Assembly: GCA_046757565.1 (NCBI GenBank)
Contig: JBHHYN010000002.1
Span: forward strand, 15,212 to 79,211
Source of the DNA: Gammaproteobacteria bacterium
GTDB lineage: Bacteria > Pseudomonadota > Gammaproteobacteria > Eutrophobiales > Eutrophobiaceae
DNA length: 64,000 nucleotides
Direction: 5' to 3'
In this document: positions 59,750 through 64,000 of the stretch, piece by piece
Layout: each line of letters begins with the position of its first letter
Position numbering within the stretch: the first letter of the stretch is position 1
The notes under the pieces: generated by a model
The model's database searches: none
What the model saw: the letters and a program-made list of their open reading frames with translations, nothing else
What the model was told of the DNA's origin: nothing
Program-made: the position numbers and the translations under genes

Positions 59750-60735
59750 TCGATTTTGAATGGCCATGGTTGTTATTAGTGCTGCCACTGCCCTGGCTGG
59801 TGCGTCGTACCATGCAGCCTATCGATTCCGGCAGGGAAGCCGCCCTGCGGGTCCCGTTCCTGGAAGATTTCATTGATCATGAATCCGCTGGTAGACGCCG
59901 GACGAGGACGTGGCCGTTGTGGCTGGCCGCCATGGCCTGGTTGCTGCTGGTCCTCGCCGGTATGCGGCCACAATGGCTGGGGGAATTGATCGAGATTCCG
60001 GTCAGCGGCCGTGAACTGATGTTGGCGGTGGATCTATCGGCCAGCATGCAAGAGGAGGATTTTGAATTAAAGGGTCAACGCGTAGACAGGCTGACCGCCA
60101 CAAAATTCGTGGCCGGAGATTTTATCGAACGGCGTATCGGCGATCGCATTGGTTTGATACTGTTCGGGGAACATGCCTATCTACAGGCGCCCCTGACATT
60201 TGACAGGGAAACAGTGCGCACACTGTTATTTGAATCCGCTATTGGGCTGGCCGGAAAGTCTACGGCCATTGGTGACGCCATCGGTCTTGCCGTTAAACGA
60301 CTGCGAGAGCGTAAACAGGGTGATCGGGTATTGATCCTGATGACGGATGGCGCCAATACGGCTGGCGCCGTACAGCCGTTGGAAGCCGCTGATCTGGCGG
60401 CAAAAGAGGGATTGAAGATCTATACCATCGGTGTCGGAGCAGATGAAATGATGGTCAGGACCCTGTTTGGAAGGCGTAAGGTCAATCCGTCCACTGATCT
60501 GGATGAAGAGACGTTATCGGCGATCGCTGCCAGGACCGGTGGCCGCTATTTTCGGGCCAGAGATACGAAAGAATTGAACAAGATCTACACAATCCTGGAT
60601 AAACTGGAACCGGTGGAACATGATGCCAGGCGTTTCCGCCCCCGCAAGGCATTATATTACTGGCCTTTATCAATCGCCTTTGCGTTGACTGCTGCACTCA
60701 TTCTATTGAGACTCTACGGCAGGATTGGCAGATGA
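59746..60735 (+). CDS. BatA-like vWA domain membrane protein
   Basis: GTG start overlapping the upstream stop (GTGA). N-terminal TMs, a vWA domain with a MIDAS-like DLSASM, and a C-terminal TM. Confidence 0.85.
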   Translation: MIDFEWPWLLLVLPLPWLVRRTMQPIDSGREAALRVPFLEDFIDHESAGRRRTRTWPLWLAAMAWLLLVLAGMRPQWLGELIEIPVSGRELMLAVDLSASMQEEDFELKGQRVDRLTATKFVAGDFIERRIGDRIGLILFGEHAYLQAPLTFDRETVRTLLFESAIGLAGKSTAIGDAIGLAVKRLRERKQGDRVLILMTDGANTAGAVQPLEAADLAAKEGLKIYTIGVGADEMMVRTLFGRRKVNPSTDLDEETLSAIAARTGGRYFRARDTKELNKIYTILDKLEPVEHDARRFRPRKALYYWPLSIAFALTAALILLRLYGRIGR

Positions 60736-62612
60736 TGCCGTTGCAACAATTTCATTTTCTACGGCCCGAGTGGCTAATCGTCCTGCTGCCATTGAGCGTG
60801 CTGGTGTGGCTGATGGTGAAAAGACGTCTTGGAAGCCGCAGTTGGGAGAGCGTTTGTGATGAATCCCTGTTGCCCTATATTCTCATCGGGAGTGGTACGA
60901 AATCAAGACAAATGCCGGCCGTGGCTACCGCAACGGGAGGATTGCTCGCCGTCCTCGCGCTGGCCGGCCCCGTGTGGGAGAAGTTACCCCAGCCGGTCTT
61001 TACCAGACAAAGCGCATTGGTCATTGCACTCGATCTGTCTCGCTCCATGGACGCCAACGATATCACCCCAAGCCGTGTGGCGCGCGCCCGCTTTAAAATT
61101 GCAGATATTCTCAAGCAGAGGAGGGAAGGCGAGACGGCATTACTGGTCTACGCAGGTGACGGTTTTACGGTCACCCCCATGACGGATGATATTGAGACAA
61201 TACGGTCCCAGTTAAAAGCGCTTACGACGGACATTATGCCGTTGCAGGGGAATCGTACGGATATTGCTCTGAAGAAAGCGGCCGAATTGTTAAAACAGGC
61301 GGGATTCAAGCATGGCGATATACTGTTGATGACCGATGAAGTGGATGGTGAATCTGTCAAAAAACAGGCAACCGCATTGAGGAAACGCGGCTACCGCATA
61401 TCCCTGATTGGTATAGGAACCGACCATGGTGTGCCGGTACCCCTGGCCGACGGTAGTTTCCTCAAGGATAACCGCGGTGAAATCGTAGTCCCGATATTAA
61501 ATGAGAAACCGATGCGCCTGCTTGCTAAAGCAGGAGGAGGTATCTATCAGAGAATGACTATTGGCGATGAGGATATCAATCGATTGCAGAAGTTTTTTTC
61601 CGGATCAGATATGGATGACTCCATTCAATCGAGCAAACTGAAAACCGATGTCTGGCGTGAACAGGGGCCCTGGTTGCTGCTATTATTGTTGCCGTTGGCA
61701 GCGATGATGTTCAGGCGCGGATATCTTGCCGCATTGTTGATTTGCCTGTTGCCTTTCCCCGACCGGGTACAGGCGTTTGATTGGGCTGGTCTCTGGCTAA
61801 GGCCGGATCAGCAGGCACAACACGCCATGGATTCGGGAGACAACAAAAGAGCGGAGCAACTGTTTAAAGACCCTGCATGGAAAGGCGCGGCGCAATACCG
61901 GGCGGGAGACTTTGATGCTGCTGTCGATTCATTGGAGAAAGGAGAAGATATCGAGAGCCTTTACAATAAAGGTAATGCCCTGGCCAGGGCCGGGCGTTAC
62001 CAGGAGGCGATAGACGCTTACAAGAAAGTGCTCGCACAAAAGGCCGATCACGAAGACGCGAAGTTTAACAAGGAGTTGTTGGAAGAGGAGTTGAAGAAAC
62101 AGCAGCAACGACAGAATCAACAACAATCGGATCAAAACCGGGAGAAACAGGATGCAGATAAAAGGAAACAGCAGCAGTCTCAACAGAATAAAAGCAAGCA
62201 GAAGCAGGACCGAAATGTAGCTCAAAATAATGATCAAAATCAGGATCAAAACAGGGATCGGCAGTCAGCGGATCGACAACAGGAGATGAACAAAAACCGG
62301 GAGGAGCAGAAGGATGCCGATAAACGAAAAACAAAACCTGAGCAGAACTACCCAGCAAAGCAAAAGGACCAGCCGCAACAACAACAGGCTGAGGCAGAGC
62401 AACAGAAAGATCGAAAACAACGGCAGCAAGGGGATGAACAGTCGCAACAATTAGCTAAATCAGACATGCAACCGGAAGAGGAGCAGCAACAGGCCACCGA
62501 GCAATGGCTTCGCCGCATTCCGGACGATCCGGCCGGACTGTTGCGGCGTAAGTTTCTTTATCAATATCAGCAACGCCGTGGTAAAACACAAGCGGACGGC
62601 AAGACCTGGTAA
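60732..62612 (+). CDS. Fused BatB-BatC-like protein: TM-vWA-TM-TPR plus ~200-aa Q/K/D/E-rich low-complexity tail
   Basis: vWA (DLSRSMDANDI MIDAS motif), a TPR region (YNKGNALARAGRYQEAIDAYKKVL), then a QQQRQNQQQSDQNREKQDADKRKQQQ... tail. ATGA overlap with batA. Confidence 0.8.
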   Translation: MMPLQQFHFLRPEWLIVLLPLSVLVWLMVKRRLGSRSWESVCDESLLPYILIGSGTKSRQMPAVATATGGLLAVLALAGPVWEKLPQPVFTRQSALVIALDLSRSMDANDITPSRVARARFKIADILKQRREGETALLVYAGDGFTVTPMTDDIETIRSQLKALTTDIMPLQGNRTDIALKKAAELLKQAGFKHGDILLMTDEVDGESVKKQATALRKRGYRISLIGIGTDHGVPVPLADGSFLKDNRGEIVVPILNEKPMRLLAKAGGGIYQRMTIGDEDINRLQKFFSGSDMDDSIQSSKLKTDVWREQGPWLLLLLLPLAAMMFRRGYLAALLICLLPFPDRVQAFDWAGLWLRPDQQAQHAMDSGDNKRAEQLFKDPAWKGAAQYRAGDFDAAVDSLEKGEDIESLYNKGNALARAGRYQEAIDAYKKVLAQKADHEDAKFNKELLEEELKKQQQRQNQQQSDQNREKQDADKRKQQQSQQNKSKQKQDRNVAQNNDQNQDQNRDRQSADRQQEMNKNREEQKDADKRKTKPEQNYPAKQKDQPQQQQAEAEQQKDRKQRQQGDEQSQQLAKSDMQPEEEQQQATEQWLRRIPDDPAGLLRRKFLYQYQQRRGKTQADGKTW

Positions 62613-62617
62613 TACTC

Positions 62618-64000
62618 ATGCAATGGTTTAAAAAAGCATTTTATTGTTTTGTTTCCATACTGTGCTTTCTTTGGGGTGCCACTGTGCAGGCAGCGGATAT
62701 CACCGTTATGACAGACCGTAATCCGGTCGTTGTTGATGAATCGTTTCAGATTATTTTTGAAAGCAATGCTTCTGTTGACGGTGATCCAGATTTTACACCC
62801 CTGCACAGAGAATTCAGGATATTGTCCACGAATACCAGCAGCAATATGAGCATCAGCAATGGCAAGATCACTACTACCAAGCAGTGGCAGCTGACAGTGC
62901 TGGCAAAGCATACCGGTAAACTAGTCATTCCTGCCATTCGTTTTGGCAAAGATAAAAGTGAACGATCGAGTGTTTCGGTTACCAGGGGCAGGGCAGGGAA
63001 TGCATTACATACCGGCAATCGTAATATTTTTCTGGAAGTTGAAGCAAAACCGTTACTGCCCTATGTTCAATCCCAGGTCATCTATAAAGTCCGTCTGTTC
63101 CGATCGGTTGCTACATCCAATGCAAGTCTCAGTGAACCTGCGCCAGGCAATACGAACGCTGCCATCATTGAGCGTATTGGCCAGGACAAGAGTTACGAGA
63201 CGAGGAGAATGGGCAAACGTTTTGTTGTTGTAGAGAGGATCTATGCAATATTTCCTCAGACCAGTGGCAGGATACACATCAAACCTGTAGTATTTCAGGG
63301 ACAGGAGTCCAGGCAGGGTTCTTTTTTCTCATTCGATCCGTTTGGACCACAGCCCAGGCCGGTAGTTTTGCAATCCGATCCGGTGATATTAAATGTAAAG
63401 GCGGTCCCTGATACGTTTACCGGCAGAAACTGGTTGCCGGCCACGAATCTGACGCTCTCGGAAAAGTGGTCTCGGGAACCACCGGTGTTCAAGGTCGGTG
63501 AACCGGTTACCAGGACCGTGACCCTTACTGCCGCCGGATTGACCGCCAGTCAGTTACCGGAGTTGCCCGCCTGGACAACGTCTGATTTTAAACAGTACCC
63601 GGATCAACCTGCTCTGAGCGATAATCAAACCGGATTCGGGATCGAAGGGAAAAGGGTTGAAAAAACCGCCATCATCCCGAACAAGGCCGGTGATTATGTA
63701 TTGCCGGCGATAACCATACCCTGGTGGAATCTCAAGAGTGATCAAATGGAATACGTCACGATAGCGGAGAAGAAAATTACTGTCGCCTCCATCCAGCAGG
63801 GCAGTTCCCGGAATACTCTGAATGCCCCGCCACAGCCGATGCCTGCTCAAAGCAGTCCGGATGTTACTGCCGGAAGAGATGACCGGACACAGCCCTCTTC
63901 CTCTGCCACATCCATTATCGATACACTGGAACAACCGCAATCACGAGTATGGCAATGGCTCAGCCTGGGCCTGGCTTGTGGTTGGCTGGTGACACTGTTG
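62618..64000 (+). CDS. BatD-like (oxygen-tolerance) protein, 3'-truncated by window edge
   Basis: Manual translation from the ATG at 62618 is open through the window end. Signal peptide MQWFKKAFYCFVSILCFLWGATVQA. A C-terminal TM begins near the edge. Absent from the ORF track because no stop falls in the window. Confidence 0.8.
   Translation, partial: MQWFKKAFYCFVSILCFLWGATVQAADITVMTDRNPVVVDESFQIIFESNASVDGDPDFTPLHREFRILSTNTSSNMSISNGKITTTKQWQLTVLAKHTGKLVIPAIRFGKDKSERSSVSVTRGRAGNALHTGNRNIFLEVEAKPLLPYVQSQVIYKVRLFRSVATSNASLSEPAPGNTNAAIIERIGQDKSYETRRMGKRFVVVERIYAIFPQTSGRIHIKPVVFQGQESRQGSFFSFDPFGPQPRPVVLQSDPVILNVKAVPDTFTGRNWLPATNLTLSEKWSREPPVFKVGEPVTRTVTLTAAGLTASQLPELPAWTTSDFKQYPDQPALSDNQTGFGIEGKRVEKTAIIPNKAGDYVLPAITIPWWNLKSDQMEYVTIAEKKITVASIQQGSSRNTLNAPPQPMPAQSSPDVTAGRDDRTQPSSSATSIIDTLEQPQSRVWQWLSLGLACGWLVTLL

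Overview
This is a gammaproteobacterial-looking chromosomal segment of roughly 50-55% GC, mostly housekeeping genes interleaved with an unusually dense set of c-di-GMP and two-component signalling genes. No rRNA, tRNA, CRISPR array, IS element or prophage gene was found by eye. I do not see a clear-cut new defence or secretion system; the calls that follow are the most unusual things I could support.

Confident calls:
- htpG, with a textbook sigma32 promoter upstream.
- prmB-aroC.
- tldD plus an adjacent carbon-nitrogen hydrolase.
- hom-thrC, then recJ.
- prfB with the conserved programmed +1 frameshift (which the ORF track misses), followed by lysS.
- argG.
- aceE-aceF.
- A leucyl aminopeptidase and psiE.
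- A complete MoxR/DUF58/DUF4381/BatA/BatB-C/BatD aerotolerance-type operon that runs off the 3' end of the window.
- An orphan flp pilin / TadG-like / TadE-like / secreted-protein cassette at the 5' end.

Signalling genes:
- A GAF-like HD-GYP protein.
- A PAS-PAS histidine kinase coupled to a CheY-like regulator.
- An EAL-HDOD protein.
- An OmpR-type regulator.
- An HPt-REC-REC-PAS-HisKA hybrid kinase with reversed domain order.
- A 1272-aa REC-PAS-GAF-GGDEF-EAL protein.
- A standalone GGDEF protein.
- A REC-GGDEF-EAL protein whose receiver carries Glu at the phospho-acceptor position.

Unusual features:
- Heptanucleotide tandem-repeat arrays sit immediately 3' of five stop codons. Three share a GAACC core; the other two are AAAGTGA and NNNGAGT arrays.
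- A 17-20 nt palindromic motif recurs as solo copies and as the terminal inverted repeats of a ~245-bp MITE-like insertion.
- A second MITE-like element with 22-bp perfect TIRs lies in an AT-richer islet next to a TetR gene flanked by two identical 7-2-7 operator palindromes.
- Tandemly duplicated 381-bp PAS modules occur in the giant GGDEF-EAL gene, with a third copy in the neighbouring histidine kinase.
- Several receiver domains lack the phospho-acceptor Asp.
- Two ExeA-like P-loop ATPases carry uncommon C-terminal domains (FHA; TM plus SPOR).
- BatB and BatC are fused, with a long Q/K/D-rich tail.
- A 246-bp repeat-structured aceE-aceF spacer.
- A Cys-rich insertion in ThrC.

All homology statements come from reading the translated ORFs by eye. 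No database search was run.
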